Notes under the pieces: generated by a model
What the model was told of the DNA's origin: nothing
The model's database searches: none
Seen by the model: only the letters and a program-made list of their open reading frames with translations
DNA from: Chrysemys picta bellii
Lineage: Eukaryota
Length of the DNA stretch: 64,000 nt
Assembly (NCBI RefSeq): GCF_011386835.1
Contig: NC_088804.1
Location: 23,374,001-23,438,000 of the forward strand
Direction: 5' to 3'
Position numbers and translations under genes: made by a program
In this document: positions 23,869 to 35,121 of the stretch, piece by piece
Layout: each line of letters begins with the position of its first letter
How positions within the stretch are numbered: position 1 is the first letter of the stretch

Positions 23869-24961
23869 TAGGGTGACCAGACGTCCCGATTTTATCGGGA
23901 CCGTCCCGATATTTCCTTGTTTGTCCCGCGTCCCGACCGACATGCGGTCGGGACAACCGGACAAACAAGGAAATGCCCCGAGCCTCGAGCCCGGAAGTGC
24001 TCGCGCCCCCCCCCCTGCCCCGACTCCGCCCCCTCCTCCCCCGATTGGCTCCCTCCCCGAATCCCCGCCTCTTCCCCGGGCTCACCATTCCCCCTCCCTC
24101 CACAAGCGCTGGAGGGAGGCCCGGGAGACGCAGGGGAAGCGCGGGGCCGGGGTGAGTAACAGTCCGGCCTGGCGCAGTGCAGGCAGGACTCGGGTGGTTG
24201 GGAGAGGAGGGGGGCGACCCGCGGGGCCAGGCGACGGGGGAGGAAGCGGCCATGGCGCTCGGCGGCTCTGGCGCCCCCGAACCCCCCGAGCCGGGGCCTG
24301 CAGCAGCGCGTACGCTGGGCCCAGCCCCTGGCTAGGCACGTCTGGGCTGCCCAGCTGGTGCTATCCCGCGGCGGCCCCGGGGTGGAGGCATCGGCCGCCC
24401 AGCCCCGTTCGTTCCCCTGCGGGACGGGGGGGCTGGGGCCTGCTGCCCCCACTCCGGGGCCGCCGCGGGATAGCACCAGCTGGGCAGCAGCCCAGACGCG
24501 ACTGGCCAGGGGCTGGGCTGGGCGCAGCGTACGCGCTGCTGGGTCCCCGCAGCAGGCCCCGGCTCGGGGGGTTCGGGGGCGCCAGAGCCGCAGCCGCGGA
24601 GCGCCATGGCCGCTTCCTCCCCCGCGGCAGTGGGAGCTGCAGCAGCGGCTGCTCCCGAGTCCCGCTGCCCGGGGGGGAGAACAACCGCCGCCTGGCCCCG
24701 CGGGCCGCCCCCCTCCTTTCCTTACCACCCGACTGAGTCCTGCCTGCTCGGGACCAGGCCGGACTCTTACTCACCCCGGCCCCGCGCTTCCCCTGAGTCT
24801 CCCGGGCCTCCCTCCAGCACTTGCGGAGGAAGTTTTTTTTTTTTTTGGCCCCGCCCCCTGCCACGCCCCCCCCACGTCACCCCCCCCCGCGACGCCCCCC
24901 CCCCCACGTCACCCCCCCCCCCCGCGTCCCGATATTTTTCTTTGGTGATCTGGTCACCCTA
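23869..24961. mobile_element. Non-autonomous hAT (Tip100-like) element, GC/CpG-rich, foldback structure
   Basis: Perfect TIRs TAGGGTGACCAGA / TCTGGTCACCCTA; perfect 8-bp TSD aacagggc at 23861-23868 and 24962-24969; subterminal GTCCCG repeats. Confidence 0.95.
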
Positions 24962-26794
24962 AACAGGGCCCTAGTGTAGATCAGAATTGTGACCATGAAG
25001 ACAAAAGTACAAATGCAGGGCTAAGCTGTGCAATCCTTATACTGAACACTCACCCCCAGGAATAGCTCTAAGTGAAGTCAGGGCATAAGTGATGCACAGC
25101 AAGCTATCCCTTGAGGAGTAAGGTGCACTTAACATATGTAAGGGTGGCAAAATCAAGCCAATGAAAGTGCTCAACATGAATTAGGGTTGTACATTTTATC
25201 CGTGACAGGTTTTAACCTGCACACAAAAAATATAAGTAACACAATAGTCAACCGAAACTCATAAATAATACATGAAAAAAATGAAAGCCAATAGTAAAAT
25301 AAAGGAAAGTATAAGTTGAGAGTGAGTCTGGTGCATCTTTACACAGAATAGTGATAACTGTGGTAACTATACAGTTATACAATAGATCGAGTCCTCCCAC
25401 CCTAACTCACACTTTCAAGTTTGCCCATTGATGTCCGTTAAGTGACTTGTCTTATACGAAAGGACTACTTAAACGAGTAATGGTCACTGGATTGGATCCA
25501 CTATCCTCAGTACTGTGTGGATTTCAGGTTAATTTTGAGTCAGTCTTCATATGAGCCAAGAAATTTAATGTAAGCTATTATACTCTAATAATTCATGTTG
25601 CATTTTATGAATTAATCTTCAAAAAGATGCAGTTTCAACTATGGTTAAGGACTGCAGTTGCATTTCTACAGCATCTTTGAACTTGTTAGAACTGTGACTT
25701 TTGGCACTTTTTGAACCCTGATAGAATAGAGGATATTAAAGTCCCACAGAATGACTAATTGTGCATTTTGGGGTAAGTAGAAATTCCAGAACATGTAAAT
25801 AATATTTTATATTTTGACCCAGGACAATGAAACCTTGAGGCATGACCAGAATGAGTCAAGCTCACCTCAGAATGTTGTTGTTATTGCTGCAGTACAACAA
25901 CAGATCTGTTATCAAAACTTTATCGCCTAGTGATATATGTGATCATTAGATAGGAATACTTGCTCACATTATAACCAAGAATCAGAGACCCTGATAAATC
26001 TCACAGAGTTTAAGATTAATACAGAGGAAATTTAATTTGTTAGTCATGACTTGTTTTATTAGTACCCTGCAGTTTGACTGAGACTGGGAAATGGAGAGAG
26101 AGAATACACAGTTTGCCAATAGACAGAGGGAAAAAATACCTGGTTTTAGTACCTTAGAACAATTGTTTTATGGGAAATTTCTGTGAAGATACATCAAAAT
26201 CAGAGAAAAGGTTGAATGAATTGCAAACAGAGCACATTCTATCAGCATGAGTATGAATTCTATAGCTTTTGCACAACTCTCAATAAGGTCTTCTTCAGAA
26301 GACAAATCTGCCAGGTTTCTTTCAATAGCCTTAATTGCAATTGAAAGTCTCTGGAGAAATGAGATGACTTACAGCCATCCCATGATGAGTTGTTGAATAA
26401 CCCAATGTGATTTGACATTTGAAATGGGGTTGATTACCAATAAGATATGGCAACTTTTACTTCTATTCAAGGGTAATTAAAGATGGTGAATATCTTTACA
26501 TCCTCAAACATTTATACTACTTGCTCCTTCTTCTAATGTCACGCTTGCAAATCACAATGTAGTTTACCAATGTAGTTTGTTATTGTAAAATCTGTTACAA
26601 TTACATGTTAAACATGTGGCCTGAAACCTAAGATTTTTTTTCTTCAAAAATATTTATTGAGATTTAGCCACATTTTGCTAATGTGCCAGAGAACCACAAT
26701 TATTTTAATGACAAAGTCATGCCCTATTGTAGCCATCCTTGTCGGTAGCTAAGATTGCCCTTTGTGCTCTGCTTTGTCTTAAATGTAATGTCTC

Positions 26795-26918
26795 AGTGCT
26801 GCAAAGCTATATGTGCATGCTTAACTTTATGAAATGTGAGTACTTCCATTGACTTAGTGAGACGATTTACAAGGCATAAAGTTAAGCATGTGCCTAAAGC
26901 TTTACAGAATCGGGGCCT
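26795..26918. mobile_element. Palindromic MITE
   Basis: Arms gcatgcttaactttatg / cataaagttaagcatgt around ccattgactt; ends agaatcggggcc. Confidence 0.6.
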
Positions 26919-27386
26919 AATCTAGTCTATTTAGAGGGTTCCATGTCATATGCTGTCATATGCTGGGCATATGTCATATGCTGTCATATGACAATAGATA
27001 GCTGAAGCAAAGCATCTGAGGAAGGTAATGGGTTGGCTGGAGCCAGTTAATTTTTTATTACACCTATGGAGCCAAATTTATTCTGAATGGAGCCCTAATT
27101 TATTTCAACAAAATTTGTAAGGAAGAAATATATTATAAAAGGGGATACAATAAATAGAATGTTACTTTTTGTAACTTTCATTAGGATAAAATTTAGCACT
27201 GTGCTCCTTTGCAGGATTAAGAAGTAGTGCTATGCACCAATATTTTAAATTGCTCTCTATCTCTAAAAAATATAGAGGCCAGAGTAGATCATCTGATTGT
27301 CCCTTATGTCCATAAACTCTATGGATCAATAACATGGAAATCTGCATGGGAACTGAAATATATAGATTCTTGCTTTAAAACTAATG

Positions 27387-27605
27387 GGCCAGATTCTCAA
27401 CTGGTGTAACTCCACTATGCCTATTGTGCAGAGACATAGTCCTTTTAAAGACCCAACACTAGTGGCTGAATTTAGAGCAGCCCTGAAGCTGCTCTATATA
27501 TTTCCAAGGCTAGTACAGATGAAAGACGACTCTGAGAATTAAGGGAAGTATAAACAGCTCCTGGTGCCCCTCCCCTTCTCTTGCTCTGAGCAGAGAGAAT
27601 CTGGC
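27387..27605. mobile_element. MITE with GGCCAGATTCTC...GAGAATCTGGCC termini
   Basis: Perfect 12-bp terminal inverted repeat. Confidence 0.7.
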
Positions 27606-28914
27606 CGACTAAATTCAGTATGTGCTTAAAAGTGTAGAAAGCTTATCTAGTTCCAATTTGAAGTTTACTCACCTTATTGGCATAGTTGCTCTACAGTCCT
27701 ACACCTACCGTGGTGGATCAAGTACAGTACATTGTTATGGCTTACTGTACATGTGCATATTGGCACTCCATCTGAAAAGCTAGCCTAGCAAACTGCAGAA
27801 ATTGACAGAGCTCTGTGAAATAGTGTACTTGGACAACGATTGAAGAATTACCTAAATAGTTTATCATTTGTTGACAATAATTATTTAATAGTCATACTGC
27901 TCCTTTGCAACACAAAGTTGAAAACTGGCAGACCTTTCTGCAGTGCTCTATGCTGCACTTGATGGTTCTAGGATACAGTGAGCCACAATATACTGTAGCG
28001 GCCTTTACAGTAATGCCCTTTTGCACTTCTGGCAATGTAAAGATGCCTTATATTGGCTGGAAAGCACTCCCACTTTAAGTCCCCTTTATATTTTACATAC
28101 AGAATGTCTTGTAATCAGCATGACGTTGCAGTTATTTAATCAGATCACATCCCCCAGTCCTCCTCTTTCTGAGATCATCATTGCATAAGCTCTCACTGCA
28201 CTTAAATCAATTTAAAAACATCCTTTTAGTTTTGGTATTTTTAACATCTCTGGAGTAAGCTGATTTCAGCACTTCCCCAAGTTTGCTTTCCTGTATGTAA
28301 CATTTCACACGTGGGCTAAAAACCAATTTTACACTTAATAAAGTTTAACTATTCAATATTTTTCATTTCAAAACTAAATAACAGGCATTTAAGAGAATAT
28401 TTCTTTTTTAATGACACACATGATACTATTTTAAAAAGCTGAATGACAGCCGCAGTGGCTTTTTAGTTCTTTCACTCCATCAGTGAAGTTTGCTCATATT
28501 TACAAGATTTTTGTTCAGATGTTTTACTGTTATCAGTAGAACTAACATCTGCTTCTCCAGGGATTCTCCCATTTACAACAATTGGAATTGCTGCTTTTGA
28601 AAACGATTTGAATTAAACTCATTCTTCTCAGATGTGGTTCCACAGTCGCTCTATGTGTGCATATGCAGTTTTCCCTGGTGCTGTTTGGCAGAATTGTGAG
28701 GAAAAAAAATTGCTTTCAGCTATTAATCCCTCTTGAAGCTGATGCACGATATGATATCCTAGGATTGTTAGCAATACAGGGACATATACATGTAAAATAA
28801 TGTTCAGTGAAATCAGATCTGATTATAGGAATATGTTTAATACAAAATCATTAGAACTTCAGTATTTTCATCCAGAGATTTCAGAAATATCACTCGTCCA
28901 ACATTACAGCTGAC

Positions 28915-29035
28915 CTGTAATTTCAAAAATTAAGGCATACAGAGGTTGAGTAAGTTGCCCAAGGTCACACGGAGAGTAAACAGCAGAGTTGGGAAAGGCA
29001 TACAGGTCTCCAGACTTATAGACCTTTCTTCTGGA
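28915..29035 (-). mobile_element. MIR-type SINE fragment
   Basis: aaattaaggcatacagaggttgagtaagttgcccaaggtcacac is the minus-strand CORE. Confidence 0.65.
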
Positions 29036-30744
29036 GAGGAAAACCCACTGATGTTCATGGCTTGACTTGTTAGCTGTACAAATACTGCTGGACTTGCTCT
29101 ATGAAAAACTAAACAGAGCTATTTTCTGTAAAGGATTGAGAAAGCTCAGTGCTATAAAAGGGAAAACTTTTGAACTGTGTGGAATGTTTTTAGAAAGGGG
29201 CTGCCCTGTAACTTCTAGGTGAAATTAGTCAAAAGACCCACATCGGGGCTCTACAGAGGAAAAGTAGATGCAGCAGTCATAGAAGGGTGCTTTTATACCT
29301 TCTTCATGCTGCAGAAATGTTCTCTGCAGCAGCCCTGTGTATCCCAGTATGAAAAAGCACGATAGAGTGGGCCAGAGGAAGGCTAGTGAGTCCATATCTG
29401 CATGGATTCAGTGACCCCAGTGTTCTGTACAACTGGTGTAGTGGAGCAGCAGCTGCTATTCCAGCCAAACTTGCTCAAAAGCTTCATGTGGGAAGGTTGC
29501 ATTTTGCCTCCTCATCCTATCCAGACAGAGCCCAGTTACTCAGTAGTCATTCAGGAGGGGTCAATTTCACCCTATGTGAATGCATTTTTTAAATATTCCA
29601 GAAGTACGTTTGGCAAGAGCTACCCCTGACCCTGCTATTTCCTGGATCACACACCCGTTTTTGTAAGACGTCTGGTATCATGTGGAATATTCCAGGTCCT
29701 AAAAGCACTTTCAGCAGCCAATGACACTTCATCATATTGTCTCATTATGTTAGATGGTATTTCAATACAAGGCTACAATGCTGTGATGTATCCGTAGCTT
29801 ACATCACAGTTTTGAAACATTATCATCAGGACTGTGCCTGTGTGTCACAGAGATACAAGGGTGGGATGCTGTGAGTAGAATAATTTACCCTGTTGGGCAA
29901 AGTCTAACAAGTTAGCAACCTGTTTGTTGAATCAGGTTGTTTCTAAAAACTTAAATACATGATTGCTTTTAGAAATAAATACCTGCAGTTTGAGCTTATG
30001 GAAATCTCGACTCAGAAAACCAATATGTCCTACTTCCTGATTAGTCACTGGCTTAAAAAAATGAAGAGGGTGGGGACAGGAACATGGCAGACCCCCAGGT
30101 AGAGTTAAGGCAGCCTGAGGAGAGCTCTAACTTGCATGACGCTATGACCACCACTGTCATTCGAGCTAATTACTCTTTATTTCTGTGGCCCAAGGCTAGC
30201 TCCCTCTTTGCTGTGCTTAATCAACAAGCTTCTGGAAGCAGCAGCCTATTTTCCTTCATCATTTGGCCACAGGAAATGTTGCCAGCCCTTCTATTTTCCT
30301 CTTCCATAGAACAAAGATAACGGTAGTAATTGTGAAAAGAAAGACATTGTCACCAAGTGGTTCTCAATTATCACATCAACAGCCTTACTCTTCTGTGTAA
30401 ATTGTCTTTTTAAAAAACACCTCAAGTGCAAGAATTCTCTTTGGGATTGTTACAGATGAAATCTTTTATTTTCTCTAAAGAATGATGGTCCTTAGGGAAT
30501 AGAATTGCCAATAGTTGGAAGAAAAGCAAGGTGTTGCAATGTAATGTACATTATGATTTAAACATGTTATAGTACTTAAGAGAAATGATATCCAGACACT
30601 TTATGTGCTGCATCTTATTCTGAACAATTTTAAGAATTAAGCCACAAGACAAATATCCAGAAGGGAGAAGTGATATTTGTACATTACAGTGATATCCCTG
30701 GACATCATAAATTCAGTTGCAAATATAATTCATTGAAGTGTTTA

Positions 30745-30766
30745 TGTGTGTGTGTGTGTGTGTGTG
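30745..30766. repeat. (TG)n microsatellite
   Basis: Read directly. Confidence 0.9.
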
Positions 30767-31064
30767 TTTTCAATTGTTCTGAAGTATCTAGGTCAAAATA
30801 TCAAATGAAATCTTCCCGTAAATCCTATCCGTTCTGTTCAAGATGAATTATCTGTGCCAAATGCAAAAACCAAAATTGTACATTTTGTTCATATTCATAA
30901 AGTTGATTTAGAGTTGTACAAAATAAGTCATCTATTGACAATAAGAAACATCTTTTTGATGCTAGAAAGATGTATTGAATGTTGAAGGGGTAATGCCTTC
31001 TATAGTTTGTCTGAAAGGCCCCTCGTAGGATAGTAAAGCCAATTCCTTTTATCTTATACACTAT

Positions 31065-31970
31065 GGGTAAGTCTAAATTGCAATGTAAGCACAGGGTTAG
31101 TGGTAGTTGAGTCCATGGACCCTGGGTTTTCAAGCCCAAGGTTTGAGCGTCCACACTGCAAATTGACCCTGTGTTTAGGATTTATGGACTCAGGCTCCAA
31201 ACATGGGGTGCCAGCATCCACACTGCAGTAGGCATACCTGAGGCAAACCACCCTATCCCAGTCTTTCTAGTACCTTCCCCAGCTGTGGCTGCTATCGCTC
31301 TGGTTCATGGTGCAGTGTCAAAAAATTTGACTGTCCACCCTACATGTTTCAGAAACACAGCCAGCAGCATGCTTGGTAAAGGACTTTGTCTTGTCAGTGG
31401 CCATTACAAATGCAGAAGAAGGTTCACTCTGCTTGCAGCACGATGGTCAGAACAAAATGGAAGGGTTAAATGCTAAGCAGCTGTACTTCAACCAGGGAGA
31501 TTGCTTCCATTTCCTGGGAGCCAATTGGACAGTTTTGGAATGGAAAAGCCAGAGGCTGCACTCTCCCATGGAATTGTGGGATAGTGTTGGCAGACTCTCA
31601 GAACCCAATAGCTCAGTGGTTTGAGCATTGGTCTGCTCAACCCAGGGTTGTGAGTTCAATCATTGAGGGGGCCACTTAGGGATCTGGGGCAAAATCAGTA
31701 CTTGGTCCTGCTAATGAAGGCAGGGGGCTGGACTCGATGATCTTTCAGGGTCCGTTCCAGCACTATGAGAGAGGTATATCTCCATATATTAAGTCTGTGT
31801 GGTCTGGGCCTGAGCTGCATCCACACTGCAAAATGATGGATTGTGAACCCTCCATGCCTGCAGGGATTTGGGGCATGGGCCCAAGTTAGACAGAACAGTG
31901 TGTAGATGGAGGGGTGTTTGGGCTTAAGCCAGAGTCTGAGCTGGGCTTACACTGCAGTGTAAGCATACCC
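31065..31970. mobile_element. Non-autonomous Harbinger-type element(s), interrupted by a SINE
   Basis: Left gggtaagtctaaattgca and right tgcagtgtaagcataccc resemble GGGTATGTCTACACT; repeated ccacactgca motifs inside; may be two adjacent elements. Confidence 0.55.
31608..31790 (+). mobile_element. Tortoise Pol III SINE (tRNA-derived head, CR1-derived tail)
   Basis: A box tagctcagtgg, B box gttcaatc, then ggggctggactcgatgatctttcagggtccgttccag, a CR1-like 3' tail. Confidence 0.9.
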
Positions 31971-32529
31971 ATTATCCCTTGTGCTCTTCCTCTGAATGCG
32001 TGATATGATCTGTCGTTGAATACTCGACTGACCTATCTTGCAATTGTTGTTTAATTGTACTTGCAATTAGAAAGCTTTCTCATATTCTCCCATCTAAACT
32101 CATTCTCTTTAATACAGCTACACTTCAATTTTATGAACTCTGATTTCATTAACCTCCTCTTATCTGATTTGCCACTGTGTTCCCAGCTTCATAGAAGGCT
32201 ATTTATTATTTTTTACTTGCTTTTATAAAGTTTGGGGTGTTACAAGACATCTATAAAGTCAAAGCGTATACGTAAATCCTAATCCAAGTATTTTTTCTTT
32301 AATCCTTGCTTGGTGTCCTATATCATTGGAGTGGTCTCAAAAAACAAATATTGGAGACCACATATTGGCATTGTGCAAGGAAAGTGCTGACAGAAAATTT
32401 TTATTCATATCTGCCCCCCAACATCCTCCGTGATCAGTCACCCTCTTCCCCTTCTCTAATCAACAAGGCACAGTCCAAAAGGGTCAGTTGTACAGTCTCC
32501 CTTTCCACCAACTCCCAAAGGAAGCAGCA

Positions 32530-32990
32530 CACTTTTCCATTCCCTGCTTCTTTTCCTTCCTACATCATTTAGCTCTTCTGACACCATCAACCTACCCATC
32601 ATTCCCATCAGCCTGGTTGTCTTCTTTTAACTCTTCTTTATTTTTCCATTTCTTTCTTCCTTTCATCTCCCCTTCTCATGTTTCTTTTTTTTGCCTCTTG
32701 TTTTCCTTGCCCTTTTATTACATTCTGTCCACTTCCCCTGTATCTCTCCACTATTGCACTCCCCCTCCTTATCCTATCTTGACCCCACTTCCATTTGCTG
32801 CTTTCCCTGCCCCTTGGTGCTCTATCCTCCATCCCTCTTTCCTCTATTTTCTAATCTCTCTCTACTCCCCTCTCCCCCGTCCTCCAGTGTCATACTCCCT
32901 TTTATCCCCACTCCCATCGCTGCCTTGGTCTTTTCTTTCCCTGATCACCCCATCTTGTCCTTTGCCACCAATTTCTGTACTCTGACTTCA
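32530..32990. repeat. Pyrimidine-rich low-complexity tract
   Basis: C/T-dominated plus strand over about 460 bp; the overlapping ORFs are composition artefacts. Confidence 0.75.
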
Positions 32991-34857
32991 TTCTGTGCTC
33001 ACTCAGGTCAGAGATCTCTGCAGGGCACACTGGCCCCTTCCTGCACTACCAAGGATAGCATAGAAATCTAAGCTCAATTCAAATAGGTCCCCTCACACTG
33101 GCCAGTGCATTCCCCCACCCTCTACACATGAACTTCCAGAAGAACAGGGATTTCCTCCCATTGCCCATCTCTTCTATTGTAGTTGGAACCCAGCTGCCTA
33201 CTTCGGGATCCACGCAGAGAAGCGTTGCTGGTAAAGCTGTCCTGAGGCTTCTCTGCTGAACTGCCTTACACCCCTGTGGCTCATAGCACCACTGACACTC
33301 TGCCATTTGGCTCCCTAGCAGTGGAAGATGGCATCACAACCCCTGTGTTCCCTGTTATTTTTCCCACCACTGATTCATTCCCAGTGTGTCACACAAGAGT
33401 CCTCAATACAATTAAGAAACAACAAATGTTTGTCTCATTATTATTTTCTTTCTACTTGCTTTTGTTATCTTTTTTTTTTTCTCTTAATTTTCTTCGGTCT
33501 CTTATAATGGTAATAAATGTTGATGGGAAAATTGAACTTGATCCAACAACTCTGTTGGATGCAGGTGCTGGTGGGCTGTGATATACAGGAGGTGAGATGA
33601 TCTGCTGGCCCCTTCTGCCCTTATTCTTTATGACTCTAACTCTAGATGAATGTGCTGTTGTTATCATGGCAAATACCTTCTTTGTACTTTGGTGGGCAAC
33701 AACTTGGGCAGGTAACCAGTTATCCCTGGGTACTTCTGAAACCCCCAAAAGCAACGTTTTTAGTTCATCATTTTAAGGCCTTGTGTGTTAAATTCTTCAT
33801 TATGTTCATTGCCTAGAAGAGTAAAGTCCCTCTCCCCCAAACACACACATACCACACACTTGCTCAAATGAGTCTGGGCATGGGATAAATATTGTATCTT
33901 ACAGAAATCATTTTTGTAGTAATTTTCTGCAGGCGTTAGCAGTTTCTCCATCCTGTTACTACTAATGGCCACATAAGGCCTTATACTCCAATTTTAGCTT
34001 TCAGTTTAACCTGTCAAATTCACTGAGAGCAAAGAATTTGGCCCTATAGCTTAAGATGAAGAAGTAAAGTGGGATGCCATCCATATTTGTGTACAGTGGG
34101 GACACGAGTTAATTTGTAGGTTGGTGAGAGAGAGCTTGTGACACTGCACTCCATTTCACATCAAGAGACGTTAACTTGAAATTACTGTTTCCAAGGGAAA
34201 CACTTATGACTCAAAGCATTAATTTGCATTAGCCCATGATAAGGCTATCCTGTAAACTTGAATTATTATTGAAAATAACTCACGTCCACAGTGCCAAGGA
34301 AGAATTTAACTAGAAATAGATTTTCTTCTGCACAGCCAACATTTTGCATATGACTGGGGCTTTTAGAGGGTCTATACAAGTTGATTTTTTTTTAAATGCA
34401 AAGGAAGGAAAAAAGATAAATAGTTGATCTGTGCAAAATTCAGCTAGTGTGGTTCATGAAGGAACCTAGTGTTCAACCAGTATTGGGAGGTGAAGGATTC
34501 ATTTTGGATAGATTTTTTTACTCCTTGATTTTCCCACTTTTTGTGGTTCACTTGAAATAAAATCTGCGTTCTTGATTTAAGATCAAAACCACATGGTTTC
34601 TGATGCACTATAAATCACCACCTTGCATCTTTGGGGGAAGACTCAGTGCAGGTTAATTTGATGTTCTGCCTAAGCTTGCCAGAAGTGTTTATGACTCAGG
34701 TTTGAAACTAAGCCTGGACTCAGGCAAATTTCACTCTGGTTTTGTGCTTCCTTGTGAAAGTTTAGCAGATCTCTGGCAAACATGTTCTTTGCCATGTGAA
34801 TGGTCACTTGATAATGATCTAGTATTTGTGTGATTTGTACTATGAGCTGGATTAGCC

Positions 34858-35121
34858 CCTAAGATCTACACTAGGGCAGTTTTTGCAACTCGTTTCTAAC
34901 ATCCATTCCATCCCACTTGTATTTAGTGCATATGTGCCATCAACATTTTAAACACTTGGTGATCCAACAGTGCTCTGAGCAGGTCTAATCAACATGGCAC
35001 TTAAAAAAACTGGAAGCAACTGATGGCCTATCCCTGCTTGGGCTTCTAACATTGCTCACGCTTGTAAAGCTGACCCACTAATGGAAAATACTAGCAAAAT
35101 TTCCCTGGTGTAGAAAAGGCT
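34858..35121. mobile_element. Harbinger-type MITE
   Basis: Inverted ends tctacactagggcagtttttgc / gcaaaatttccctggtgtagaaaaggc. Confidence 0.6.

Noticed and set aside
23960-24900. CpG island as promoter of a host gene
   Set aside because: Entirely inside a transposon with a perfect TSD; no downstream exon recognised.
23735-24962. Long ORFs (333, 278, 196 aa and others) in the GC-rich block
   Set aside because: Stop-poor GC-rich palindrome giving Pro/Gly/Ala/Arg low-complexity translations on both strands; bounded by hAT TIRs and a TSD.
31608-31680. tRNA gene
   Set aside because: No complete cloverleaf; continues directly into a CR1-like tail, so it is a SINE head.
32488-33071. 165-aa and 126-aa hydrophobic ORFs resembling membrane proteins
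   Set aside because: Products of the pyrimidine-rich low-complexity tract.
33079-33754. Minus-strand ORFs as a retroviral or host gene fragment
   Set aside because: No recognisable motif; frames are not continuous.
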